From positions 54,785 through 118,784 of the forward strand of contig CAVPBQ010000004.1 of assembly GCA_963701925.1 (NCBI GenBank): 64,000 nt of DNA. The letters are read 5' to 3'. The stretch is from an uncultured Acidobacteriota bacterium. GTDB taxonomy: Bacteria; Acidobacteriota; Terriglobia; Terriglobales; Acidobacteriaceae. The position numbers and the translations under genes were made by a program. Below, piece after piece: positions 18,365 through 27,430 of this stretch; position 1 is the first letter of the stretch, and each line of letters starts with the position of its first letter. Under the pieces are notes generated by a model, which searched no databases, was not told where the DNA came from, and saw only the letters and a program-made list of their open reading frames with translations.

Positions 18365-21175
18365 TCAACGACTTAAGATGCTGGGAGGCCGTGGGGTGTC
18401 AGACACAACTTCGTCAGGAAACGTGAGATCAAGTATGTACACGGTCTGGTCGCGGGTTACCACGAGAAGTCTTTTCCCATCCGGAGAAAACTTCTTGTAC
18501 AACACCGAGATCGGGAATTTATAACTTCGACGAAGCTGCGACGTGGAAAGACTGTAGACACCCACGGTTCCCTCTGCGGTGGACACAGCGTAAGCGCCGG
18601 CGGCTTGTGACAGGACCGGCGAATACCCGAACACGTGCCCGGTTTCCTTGCCAGAAGAGATCGAGTATATGAGCACTCGATTCCCACTGACCGAAAGCGC
18701 AGCCCAATCACGCTCAACCGCAGCGCTCGTCACGAAGAAGGAAGATTTGTTTGTCTTTACCAGCAGCTTGCCGATAGTCGTATTGCTTCGCAGGTCCAGA
18801 AGTTCGTAGAGCATGTCTTCTTTTTCCGCCGAGCTCTTAAGATCGGAAAATTGTTTCAGTTCCTCGTGCGCAGCATCGGAGTAAACATGCCAGCCCATCA
18901 GAATCGCATCGTGATCCGTGGTCCAGGAAACGACCGGAGAGTCCTGAAGAAAATGGCGGGACCAGATCACAGACTTCGCTCGGAAATCGCGCAGCTCATA
19001 AGTCCAATTCTTGCGCACGTAGGGCTTGTCCCCCGGAGGAGTTCGCACCAGAACATATGGCCCCTCCTGCTCCGCCAAAAGGTCGCCTAAGGGATACGTA
19101 ACAGTCGAATTACCCGTCTTATCCAACAGAACCAGCGCCCGCTCCTGTGACTCATGCTTGGGAAAATCGACGTAACAGGAATCATCCGGAGCGAACCATA
19201 CGCCGGTGAAGTCGCGCACATGATGCAGTCGAACATTATGTGACAGATCCCAAAGCGCTCCGCGGCTTCCGCTGGATGCTGCCAGCCAGCGAAAGTCGTC
19301 CGACACAGCGATGGCGTGGTCGTCACCCAGCCGGGACTGCGTCAGTTGCGCGCGCGCAAGAACCTTCGCCGAAGACAGATCGCCTAGCACCAGCCGCCCG
19401 TCTATCTCCTCAAAGACGACGGTATTGTCGTAAACGTCTCCGGCGTCTTTCTTGAAACCAACTGGAATGTTCCCGTTAGAGAGATCCAGAAAACCCCGCT
19501 TGCTGCTCTTCAGCGGTCCCAATCCAACATAGTTCCCGTGGGCAGCTGCGAACAACTCCAAAACACCGCCCAAGGCAACTTCCTGAATTCGGCGCCCACC
19601 TGGAAATCGAACCAGCGGAGATTTGTTCGGCACAAAATGGTTAATGGAAAGCAAGCGGTCGTTGTCCACAAAGACGAATTCGTCTCGCGTCAGGTTCCGC
19701 ACCGACATAGGAATGTCTGCGTTCCGTTTCGCCGCTAGGTCGTAGGCGAACGTGTCAGTGGAACTTCCGGCGAGAAAATAGCGCCCATCTGGCGAAAATC
19801 CGTAATGCACCAACTTAAGATTGAAGTTGCCCGATTCCAGCTCGAGTACAACCCAAAGCAAGTAACGGAACCCCAGAGAGCGCAGCTCGAAGAAATTTTT
19901 CTTCGAGGCGATTTCATTCCCAGTCGCCACTTCAAACAGTGACAGCGTAAACTCCTTGTCCAGACACGCCATGTGCTGACCGTCGGGCGAGAGCAAACTC
20001 TGCAGACAGCCGACGCGCAGCAGCATTTCGTGCACCGACACCCGTTTCTGGCTGGAGACATCCCAAATCTCAACCCTGAGAGACGGAGTCTTGAACACCA
20101 CCGCCTTTGAGTCGGGGCTGAAGAACGCCTTATCGGCATTCGGCGCGTCGATAAAAAACAAAGACTGGAATGGATCGCGGGAAAGAACTTGAATTCCACC
20201 TTGATCCTGCGCCAGCACAAATTTTCCGTCAGGGCTGAAGCGCAGATTTTGGATGTCCGGACGAAGCGGCTGGTCGAGTTTCTCGCGAAGCACCAAGCCG
20301 GGCAGGGACTCGATGTGCGTTCCGGTTGCGGATTCGACGATCTGCGACTGCCAAGCCTGGAAATCCGTGGACGACGACGGCGCAATGCGCGCGCACTCCG
20401 CCGGCATTTCCGAAACCGACTTCAGTAATTCCCGCAAGCGCCGCTGCGCCGGCTTAGTCTGGCCAAATACATCCGATAGCCAGTTGCCCGTTTTCCCGTG
20501 AGTGGCGTTGAACCGATCCCACAGATCGACATAAGCCTGCGGCGAAAAGCCCGCACGCGCCATCGCAAAAAGAGCAACCTGATCGGCGACATACTGATCC
20601 CCTTCGCTTTCCCCGGATACGTGGACAGGGTGGCGACGCCCGTTCTCCAGCACGCGCTGAAACTTGTCGTAGATATCGGCCCGGTCCCCGACTTGAGTAA
20701 CTCCCAGTACCTGTTTCAGGATCAGAGTCATGTAAATCGCGTGCTGGTGGGTCACGATGTGTCCCATCTCATGCGCCAGCACGCCCGCCAGTTCATCGTC
20801 ATTTCGCGTCAATGCGACCATCTTTCGCGCCACATAAATGCGGCCGCCCGATAGGCTGAATGCGTTTACCTCAGGAATGTCAATGAGGTAGAAGCGGAAC
20901 TTCAAATTATTCGGCGGCAGATAGCGCGCCAGACGAGCGCCCAGTTCGTCCAGATGGGACGTCAGCGTCGGGTTTTCGATCAGGGAGACTTCCCGCGCTA
21001 GGCTTTCTCCCATGGCGTCTCCCAGATCAACTTCCTGCTGATCGGTAAAGATGTTTTTCCCGGAAACTTTTTGCAGGGCCGGCGGCTGAGGGCAGGCCTG
21101 TTGGGCTGGCGAGGGAGCACACCCGCAGAACAATAACGCCAAGAGAAAAGCAGCGGAGAACTTCATGGCAGCCAA
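18365..21175 (-). CDS. M48 family metallopeptidase fused to large beta-propeller-like region
   Basis: LAHEMGHIVTHQ (HExxH) in the N-terminal ~250 aa. Lipoprotein-like signal LLFCGC. About 650 aa of repetitive beta-strand-rich sequence (SPDGK/SPDGQ/SPDGR repeats). Confidence 0.75.
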   Translation of the reverse strand: MAAMKFSAAFLLALLFCGCAPSPAQQACPQPPALQKVSGKNIFTDQQEVDLGDAMGESLAREVSLIENPTLTSHLDELGARLARYLPPNNLKFRFYLIDIPEVNAFSLSGGRIYVARKMVALTRNDDELAGVLAHEMGHIVTHQHAIYMTLILKQVLGVTQVGDRADIYDKFQRVLENGRRHPVHVSGESEGDQYVADQVALFAMARAGFSPQAYVDLWDRFNATHGKTGNWLSDVFGQTKPAQRRLRELLKSVSEMPAECARIAPSSSTDFQAWQSQIVESATGTHIESLPGLVLREKLDQPLRPDIQNLRFSPDGKFVLAQDQGGIQVLSRDPFQSLFFIDAPNADKAFFSPDSKAVVFKTPSLRVEIWDVSSQKRVSVHEMLLRVGCLQSLLSPDGQHMACLDKEFTLSLFEVATGNEIASKKNFFELRSLGFRYLLWVVLELESGNFNLKLVHYGFSPDGRYFLAGSSTDTFAYDLAAKRNADIPMSVRNLTRDEFVFVDNDRLLSINHFVPNKSPLVRFPGGRRIQEVALGGVLELFAAAHGNYVGLGPLKSSKRGFLDLSNGNIPVGFKKDAGDVYDNTVVFEEIDGRLVLGDLSSAKVLARAQLTQSRLGDDHAIAVSDDFRWLAASSGSRGALWDLSHNVRLHHVRDFTGVWFAPDDSCYVDFPKHESQERALVLLDKTGNSTVTYPLGDLLAEQEGPYVLVRTPPGDKPYVRKNWTYELRDFRAKSVIWSRHFLQDSPVVSWTTDHDAILMGWHVYSDAAHEELKQFSDLKSSAEKEDMLYELLDLRSNTTIGKLLVKTNKSSFFVTSAAVERDWAALSVSGNRVLIYSISSGKETGHVFGYSPVLSQAAGAYAVSTAEGTVGVYSLSTSQLRRSYKFPISVLYKKFSPDGKRLLVVTRDQTVYILDLTFPDEVVSDTPRPPSILSR

Positions 21176-21315
21176 TTAGTGTAGCCTCGCGGCCCAGCAG
21201 GTCAAGGCAAATCTCGACCGCTACCATCGCCGTTGCATTTCCGCCTAACCTCCGGCATAATAAGAGTTTGTCTTGACCTCTCCGGACTCTTCCGGCATTA
21301 AAGGATAACTGTCTC

Positions 21316-21573
21316 GTGTTAATGATTCGTCTATCGCGCATGGGTGCGCGCAAACAACCGCACTATCGCATTGTCGTGATTGAGAAGGAGCGCGCGCGCA
21401 ATGGCCGCCCCGTGGAAGTGGTCGGGACCTACAATCCCCGCACCAATCCCGCGAGCGTCGAAATGAAGCGCGATCGCGTCGAGTACTGGGTTTCCAAGGG
21501 CGCCCAAATGTCGGAGCGTGTGCACAAGCTGTTCTCCAAGACTCCGGCCGCGGCCCCAGTTCCGGCTGCGTAA
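21316..21573 (+). CDS. rpsP: 30S ribosomal protein S16
   Basis: MIRLSRMGARKQPHYRIVV ... GTYNP. Start is GTG 21316 or ATG 21322. Confidence 0.95.
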   Translation: MLMIRLSRMGARKQPHYRIVVIEKERARNGRPVEVVGTYNPRTNPASVEMKRDRVEYWVSKGAQMSERVHKLFSKTPAAAPVPAA

Positions 21574-21619
21574 AGCGGGCAGCTGTCAGGAAACGCCGAC
21601 TCGGAATCACGAAATGCGC

Positions 21620-21775
21620 CAAGGCAGGCCGGAAAGTCAGGCCTGCTGAAGGCACAACCGGGAAGGCGCGACTAGAAATGGCGCGACTAGGAACGCCACG
21701 ACCGGGAAGGGCACAACTTTAGTCGTGCCGCAAGCGCCTTCCACGACCGCGGCTTTAGCCGCTGAGGGAATCTCA
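21620..21775. repeat. family A palindromic repeat block in rpsP-KH spacer
   Basis: Hairpins GCAGGCC..GGCCTGC, GGCACAACTTTAGTCGTGCC and GCGGCTTTAGCCGC. Direct repeats GCGCGACTAG x2. Confidence 0.6.
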
Positions 21776-21797
21776 TTCACATCGAGAACTGCACACT

Positions 21798-22040
21798 ATG
21801 ACTGAACCCTCTGCCAACGTTTGCGCGCTCGTGGAACTGATCGCGAAGTCTCTGGTCGACGCGCCCGACGAAGTCTTCGTCGAGCAATTCGACGACGGCG
21901 TCATCGAACTCGAAGTCGCCGAAACCGACGTCGGCAAGGTCATCGGCCGCCAGGGACGCACCGCTCGCGCCTTGCGTGCCCTGTTGAGCGCCGCCGGCCA
22001 CCGCGCCCACCAGCGTTACACCCTCGAGATTCTCGAGTAA
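21798..22040 (+). CDS. KH domain RNA-binding protein (YlqC/UPF0109 type)
   Basis: VGKVIGRQGRTARALRALL GxxG motif. Conserved position between rpsP and rimM. Confidence 0.85.
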   Translation: MTEPSANVCALVELIAKSLVDAPDEVFVEQFDDGVIELEVAETDVGKVIGRQGRTARALRALLSAAGHRAHQRYTLEILE

Positions 22041-22145
22041 GCTGGAAGAGCAGGCATTTTAGGTGGAAGAGCGGCCATTTATGGCCGCGTAAGCGTTGCC
22101 AGAAATCGGGGCTTTAGCCCCTGAGGCTCGTTCGAAACGAACGGT
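22041..22145. repeat. family A palindromic repeat block in KH-rimM spacer
   Basis: GTGGAAGAGCGGCCATTTATGGCCGCGT, GGGGCTTTAGCCCC, CGTTCGAAACGAACG. Confidence 0.7.
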
Positions 22146-22169
22146 GATTTCATCACGCTGGCCCGCGTC

Positions 22170-22721
22170 GTGAAAACGCAGGGCCGTCACGGCGAGGTCG
22201 CAGCAGAAGTTCACAGCGACGTGCCTGACCGTTTCGTGCCAGGAATGAAGTTGCTGGCGCTAGGCAGAGATCAAGCGCGCCGTGACTTGCAGATCGAAGA
22301 TCTTTGGCCCCACAAAGGCCTGCTGGTTCTCAAGTTTCGGGGCGTCGATTCGATGTCGGACGCGGAAACTCTAATCGGCGCGGAACTGCAAGTTCCCGGC
22401 AAGGATCGGGCCCAGCTCGAGCCGGGATGGAATTACATCAGCGATCTGATCGGATGCACCCTGATCGATCAGACCGGCGAAGTCGGACGCATCGAAGACG
22501 TGCAGTTTGGAGCGGGCGAAGCTCCTCTGCTGGTCGTAAGCGGTAAAGCAGTGAGCGGCCAAGCAGGCAAACGGTTTGACGTGCCCTTCGCCGAAGCATA
22601 TTTGCAAAGCATAGATACAGCGCACCGCCAAGTGCGCATGCACCTTCCCGAGGGATTGCTGGAAGTCAATGCGCCGATGACAGCAGAAGAGAAGCAGGAG
22701 CAGGCCGAGAGAAAGAAGTAG
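22170..22721 (+). CDS. rimM: 16S rRNA processing protein RimM
   Basis: KTQGRHGEVAAEV and PRC-barrel-like C-terminal half. Conserved-looking residues continue upstream of the GTG (see findings). Confidence 0.85.
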   Translation: MKTQGRHGEVAAEVHSDVPDRFVPGMKLLALGRDQARRDLQIEDLWPHKGLLVLKFRGVDSMSDAETLIGAELQVPGKDRAQLEPGWNYISDLIGCTLIDQTGEVGRIEDVQFGAGEAPLLVVSGKAVSGQAGKRFDVPFAEAYLQSIDTAHRQVRMHLPEGLLEVNAPMTAEEKQEQAERKK

Positions 22722-22724
22722 CTC

Positions 22725-22836
22725 TAGGGGATTTGGGAAGGGCACGGCTTTAGCCGTGCCTCGAGAAGTGGAAAATGATCAGGGCTTTAGCCCCTGAGGG
22801 CGCAGCGATCAAGCGTCCACCAAGCTTTAGGCTCGC
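22725..22836. repeat. family A palindromic repeat block in rimM-trmD spacer
   Basis: GGCACGGCTTTAGCCGTGCC, AGGGCTTTAGCCCCT, AGCTTTAGGCT. Confidence 0.65.
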
Positions 22837-22838
22837 CA

Positions 22839-23666
22839 ATGAAGGCCGACATCGTCACGATTTTTCCGGACTTCTTTCGCGGACCGTTGGATCACGGCAT
22901 CACCCGCCGCGCCCAGGAAATGGGCCTGGTGAAAATCGAAGTCCACGACCTGCGCCAGTTCACGCACGATCGGCACCGCACCGTGGATGACCGCCCTTTC
23001 GGCGGCGGCGAAGGCATGGTCCTTAAGCCGGAACCGATCTTTGAATGTTTAGAGTCGTTGCAGGTCGCGTCCCGCGAACAGCGCATAAGTGCAAGTGCAC
23101 GCGAGTCGGTGATTCTGCTTTCCGCGCAAGGCCAGCGCTTCACGCAGAAAGTCGCAGCAGAGTTGGCCTCGCTCGATCGCATCGTGTTGCTCTGCGGACG
23201 GTATGAAGGCGTGGACGAGCGGGTTTCCGATTTTCTCGCGGACCGCGAGCTCTCGATCGGCGACTACGTTTTAAGCGGCGGAGAACTCGCTGCCGCGGTC
23301 GTGATCGAAGCGGTCACGCGGCTGCTCCCGGGCGCAGTGGGCAACGAAGCGTCGACGCGGCAGGAGTCGTTTACGACTCACGAGAAAGCAGTCGAGGTCG
23401 CTGAAAACGGCAGGGCGGATTCGACCTGCGGTTCGCGCGGGTTGCTGGATTACCCGCACTACACGCGCCCCGCAGACTTTCGCGGCATCGCAGTGCCGGA
23501 GGTTTTGCTTAACGGGAATCATGACGAGATTCGCCGCTGGCGCCGCGAAGAGTCGCTGCGGAAGACGCTGCGTAATCGTCCCGACTTGTTGGAAACTGTA
23601 AAGCTGGACGCGGAAGACGCAAAGGTTCTGGCCCGGCTCGAAAACGATCGAGGCAAAGAGATTTGA
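22839..23666 (+). CDS. trmD: tRNA (guanine37-N1)-methyltransferase
   Basis: IVTIFPDFF ... DDRPFGGGEGMVLKPEP ... LLCGRYEGVDERV ... SIGDYVLSGGELAA. Confidence 0.95.
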   Translation: MKADIVTIFPDFFRGPLDHGITRRAQEMGLVKIEVHDLRQFTHDRHRTVDDRPFGGGEGMVLKPEPIFECLESLQVASREQRISASARESVILLSAQGQRFTQKVAAELASLDRIVLLCGRYEGVDERVSDFLADRELSIGDYVLSGGELAAAVVIEAVTRLLPGAVGNEASTRQESFTTHEKAVEVAENGRADSTCGSRGLLDYPHYTRPADFRGIAVPEVLLNGNHDEIRRWRREESLRKTLRNRPDLLETVKLDAEDAKVLARLENDRGKEI

Positions 23667-23667
23667 A

Positions 23668-23725
23668 AGGGCGCGGCTAAGCCGCGGCGCAACAAGCAAA
23701 CTTTTTAGGCGGCTTCAGCCGCCGA
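23668..23725. repeat. family A-like palindromes in trmD-rplS spacer
   Basis: GCGCGGCTAAGCCGCGGC and GGCGGCTTCAGCCGCC. Confidence 0.55.
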
Positions 23726-23753
23726 GCGAATTCGCACCGAAGGATAAAAGATC

Positions 23754-24104
23754 ATGTCAAACCTAATCATTGAAAAACTGCTGGCCAAAACCAAACGCAC
23801 CGACCTTCCCGCCTTCCGCCCCGGGGACACCGTACGCGTCCACGTGAAGATCAAAGAAGGCGACAAAGAACGCCTCCAGGCTTTTGAAGGCGTGGTCATC
23901 AAGCGCGACAACGGCCCGCAGGCCAGCTTCACCGTCCGCAAGATGAGCTTCGGCCAGGGCGTCGAGCGCATCTTCCCATTGCATTCCAAAGTCATCGACA
24001 AAGTGGACCTCGTCCGCTCCTCCAAGGTGCGCCGCGCCCGTCTGTTCTATCTGCGCGGACTCCGCGGCAAGGCCGCCCGCCTGAAGGACGTCGAGAAAGC
24101 CTAA
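23754..24104 (+). CDS. rplS: 50S ribosomal protein L19
   Basis: [29 protein letters not shown] ... SFTVRK. Confidence 0.95.
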   Translation: MSNLIIEKLLAKTKRTDLPAFRPGDTVRVHVKIKEGDKERLQAFEGVVIKRDNGPQASFTVRKMSFGQGVERIFPLHSKVIDKVDLVRSSKVRRARLFYLRGLRGKAARLKDVEKA

Positions 24105-24234
24105 GCCCTCTGGACAAGCGAGCATGGCCCGGCTCCAACCGGGCCAGCGCTCCCGCCCGTCGCGCTGCAAATCCACTCTTGCGCGATTCGCCACTCTCGG
24201 TGAAGATGAAGGCGAACCCCTTTTCGTTTTGCCG

Positions 24235-24999
24235 ATGAAGTCGTCTCCAACCAACTCCTCTTCCGCGCGCCCGCTCTCTCCCTCCGCCGCCAAGCTGCGC
24301 CTGCTGAAGACATTGCGCTGCACCCTGCGCTACGAAAAGAGAGCGTGGGAAACTGGGGCTGCGCGCGTCGCCGGTGTCGACGAGGTTGGCCGCGGATCTC
24401 TGTTCGGCCCCGTCGTTGCTGCCGCCGTGATTCTTGACCGAAGTTACCGAGTGCGCGGGCTCCGCGATTCGAAGCTACTGCCGGCGGAGCGGCGCGAAGT
24501 CCTTGCCGCGCGTATTCGCCAGCACGCCGTCGCCTGGGCGATCGCCGCGGTCGATGCCGCGCGCATCGATCAGATCAATATCTATCAGGCATCGCGCGTC
24601 GCCATGCGCGAAGCGGTCAACCAATTGGCTCCCGCGGCGGATCACCTTCTCATTGACGCCTTACGCCTCGACTGCGATGTGCCGCAGAAAGCGATCATTC
24701 ACGGCGACGCGCTCTCCGCCTCGATCGCCGCTGCTTCCATCCTGGCAAAAGTAGAACGCGATCGCATGATGTGCGAATGGGACGTGATTTTTCCCGCCTA
24801 CGGCCTGGCTTCGCACAAGGGATACAGCACGCCCCGCCACCTCGCTGCGCTCCGCGAGCATGGGCCCAGCCCGCTCCACCGGCAGTCATTCGCGCCCGTC
24901 TGGCAGAATCCAATCCCGCAAGAAGTCTTCGCCTTCATGGATGAAGCTGAAGAGGAGCTGGCCGCAGAAGAGCTGGCTGCAGAAGACCTGGCCGGCTAG
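24235..24999 (+). CDS. rnhB: ribonuclease HII
   Basis: VAGVDEVGRGSLFGPVVAAAVIL, DSKLL, HKGYSTPRH. Start uncertain (24124, 24235 or TTG 24313). Acidic C-terminal tail EEELAAEELAAEDLAG. Confidence 0.85.
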   Translation: MKSSPTNSSSARPLSPSAAKLRLLKTLRCTLRYEKRAWETGAARVAGVDEVGRGSLFGPVVAAAVILDRSYRVRGLRDSKLLPAERREVLAARIRQHAVAWAIAAVDAARIDQINIYQASRVAMREAVNQLAPAADHLLIDALRLDCDVPQKAIIHGDALSASIAAASILAKVERDRMMCEWDVIFPAYGLASHKGYSTPRHLAALREHGPSPLHRQSFAPVWQNPIPQEVFAFMDEAEEELAAEELAAEDLAG

Positions 25000-25022
25000 T
25001 CTTCCTTTCCGATGTCGCATAG

Positions 25023-25059
25023 TGTTCCTTCAGGAACATTTCAAGGTACAATCTTGTAC
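25023..25059. promoter_or_regulatory. two palindromes upstream of the BrnA-like gene (possible operator)
   Basis: TGTTCCT-TC-AGGAACA (25023-25038) and GTACA-ATCT-TGTAC (25046-25059). Confidence 0.25.
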
Positions 25060-25103
25060 ATACGCAGCCGTACAGCCTGCAAACGGAAGGAGCTACTCAA
25101 GTT

Positions 25104-25439
25104 ATGAAAAGCCAGAAGCATCCCGCCAAGCACCCTGCATCGAAGAAGGCCACCGCTCACACCGCCCGGACGAAGGCCGCCGGAACAAAGAAAGGCCTTG
25201 GCCTCACGCTGATGGCAGTCGCCGATTCGTCGAAGCGATCGGGCGGCTCCAAATCAAAACCCTCGCTGCAGAGTATGCGCATCGCCGATTTCTACCGCCC
25301 CCTGAAGAAGCCGATCACCGTCCGCCTCGATGTGGACGTGCTGGCCTGGTTCAAAAAGGATGGCGGACGCTATCAGAGCCGCATCAACCAGGCCCTGCGC
25401 AAAGTCATGGAAAAAGAGATCAAGGAATCCGGGCTCTGA
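25104..25439 (+). CDS. BrnA-type antitoxin-like protein with basic N-terminal extension
   Basis: C-terminal KKPITVRLDVDVLAWFKKDGGRYQSRINQALRKVM matches the BrnA pattern (ITIRLDxDVLxWFK..G.GYQTRIN). GGAAGGAG SD. Confidence 0.6.
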   Translation: MKSQKHPAKHPASKKATAHTARTKAAGTKKGLGLTLMAVADSSKRSGGSKSKPSLQSMRIADFYRPLKKPITVRLDVDVLAWFKKDGGRYQSRINQALRKVMEKEIKESGL

Positions 25440-25485
25440 GCGGTAGGCGCCTGTCCTGCTAGACTGAAATTTTGGAGGTAAGGAA

Positions 25486-26667
25486 TTGCAGGCGGTCTAT
25501 ATTCTTTCGGCGGTGCGAACGCCGATTGGCAAATTTGGCGGTTCGCTGTCATCGCTGACCGCCGCAGACATGGGCGTGGTCGCGGCCAAGGCCGCGCTGG
25601 AGCGGGCCCACATTCGTCCCGAGCAGGTCGAGGAGACCATCTTCGGAAACGCCCGTCAGGCTGGCGGCGGCCCGAATCCAGCGCGCCAGATTTCCGTGCG
25701 CAGCGGCGTTCCGCAGGAAGTCCCCGCATTTACCCTAAACAAGGCCTGCGCCTCCGGCATGAAGTCGATCGCGCTCGCGTATCAGGCGATCCTGCTGGGC
25801 GACTCGACCTGCATTCTTGCCGGCGGCACAGAGTCGATGTCGCGCCTGCCCTATTACCTCGACGGCGCGCGCTGGGGATACCGGCTGGGCAATCAGGAAC
25901 TCGTTGACGGAATGTATCGCGACGGATTTTTTTGTCCACTGGCGAAAATGGTGATGGGCGAGACCGCCGAAGTTTTGGCGGAGGAGTACAGGATTTCCCG
26001 CGACGAGCAGGATGAATTTGCTTTGCTGTCACAAACGCGCGCGGCCCGCGCCATTGCCGCCGGAAGATTCGAGGACGAAATTGCCCCTGTTACCATCGAG
26101 GGAAAAAAGGGGACTACCATGCTGAGCCGCGATGAGCATCCGTTCGCCGATGCGACTCTGGAGAAGCTGGCGAAACTGCCTCCTGTATTTTCGAAGACAG
26201 GCGGCATCACCGCGGGAAATTCTTCGGGCATTACCGACGGCGCCGCAGCGGTCGTTGTGGCCAGCGAGCATTTTGTGAAGACGAACAATCTGAAGCCGCT
26301 GGCGCGGATTTCGGCGGTAACGTCGGCCGGCGTTGATCCGCGAACTATGGGAATCGGCCCCGTTCCCGCGCTGCAGAAACTCGCCGACAAACACAACCTG
26401 CGGTTGGCCGACTTCGGACTAATCGAGCTGAACGAAGCCTTCGCGGCGCAGGTGCTAGCGTGTGACCGCGTCCTGAATTTCGATCGCGTCCGGCTCAACG
26501 TCAATGGCGGTGCCATTGCGCTGGGGCATCCGATCGGCTGCACCGGAACGCGGATTACGGTGACGCTGCTGCACGAGATGCTCAAGCGGAATACAAAGCG
26601 CGGGGTCGCCACGTTATGCGTCAGCGGTGGAATGGGCATGGCGCTCGCGCTGGAGAACGTGAACTAA
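25486..26667 (+). CDS. acetyl-CoA C-acetyltransferase (thiolase II)
   Basis: LNKACASGMKS active-site Cys, NVNGGAIALGHPIGCTG, CVSGGMG. TTG start after GGAGGTAAGG. Confidence 0.9.
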   Translation: MQAVYILSAVRTPIGKFGGSLSSLTAADMGVVAAKAALERAHIRPEQVEETIFGNARQAGGGPNPARQISVRSGVPQEVPAFTLNKACASGMKSIALAYQAILLGDSTCILAGGTESMSRLPYYLDGARWGYRLGNQELVDGMYRDGFFCPLAKMVMGETAEVLAEEYRISRDEQDEFALLSQTRAARAIAAGRFEDEIAPVTIEGKKGTTMLSRDEHPFADATLEKLAKLPPVFSKTGGITAGNSSGITDGAAAVVVASEHFVKTNNLKPLARISAVTSAGVDPRTMGIGPVPALQKLADKHNLRLADFGLIELNEAFAAQVLACDRVLNFDRVRLNVNGGAIALGHPIGCTGTRITVTLLHEMLKRNTKRGVATLCVSGGMGMALALENVN

Positions 26668-26774
26668 GCGAACAGCACACGCCCGTCGACAGCGAGCGCT
26701 TCTGTTATGCTTTCCCCGCACGGGCTGCCCGAAGGCCCGGCCAACTTCAACACAAAGTTTCCAGGAGAATTCAC

Positions 26775-27398
26775 ATGCTGCGATGGAAGATCCAACTAAC
26801 GTGTTTGAGTGCGTTGTTATTGAGCGCGACAGTCGCGCTGGCCCAGACAGAGTTCTCGGCCGAAGTTGTGAACACGGGAAAATCCGACACCACCAGCCAG
26901 GCAAAAATATATTTCGCCAAAGACAAAGTCCGCATTGAACCCACGAAAAGAGATCCGCGAGGCGGCGGTGCGGCAATCATGAACCTTGCAACCCAGACCG
27001 CGACCGTAATCATGGACCAGCAGCGCATGTACATGGAGATGCCGGCGCAGACGGCGAATCAGCGGTCCGCTTACAACTTCTTCCGCACCGGCGACGCGGA
27101 AAATGCCTGCTCGGACTGGCTTCAGATGCAGCAGAACAAAGGTGGCACTTGCCACAAGGTCGGCACCGAAACCGTGAACGGACGCAGCACCGTAAAGTAT
27201 GAAGGCACGAGTGCAAATGGCGACGCGGGCACGGTATGGCTGGATCCGAAGCTGCGATTCCCAGTGAAATGGCAAGGCAAAAATGGCGCCGGAGAGTTGC
27301 GCAACATTCAGGAAGGCTCCCAGCCTGCGAGCCTGTTCGAGGTGCCCTCCGATTACAAGAAGTTGGACATGGGCGGCATGATGCAGCGCCCGCAGTAA
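26775..27398 (+). CDS. secreted LolA-fold/DUF4412-like protein (paralog 1)
   Basis: AGGAGA SD + ATG, signal peptide LSALLLSATVALAQ. About 35-40 percent identical by eye to the next gene. Confidence 0.6.
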   Translation: MLRWKIQLTCLSALLLSATVALAQTEFSAEVVNTGKSDTTSQAKIYFAKDKVRIEPTKRDPRGGGAAIMNLATQTATVIMDQQRMYMEMPAQTANQRSAYNFFRTGDAENACSDWLQMQQNKGGTCHKVGTETVNGRSTVKYEGTSANGDAGTVWLDPKLRFPVKWQGKNGAGELRNIQEGSQPASLFEVPSDYKKLDMGGMMQRPQ

Positions 27399-27430
27399 AT
27401 TTCTCACTCACCCAGATCGAGGTTGCCGGA

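Noticed and set aside
21273-21301. Sigma70-like promoter TTGACC-17-CATTAA upstream of rpsP
   Set aside because: The putative -10 overlaps the AAGGA ribosome-binding site and would leave a 5' UTR of only a few nt. It is not supportable without TSS data.
24860-25462. 200-aa ORF overlapping the BrnA-like gene as a possible BrnT toxin
   Set aside because: It is in a different frame over the same DNA and is Arg/Ser/Pro-rich. It begins inside rnhB and has no DUF497-like features.
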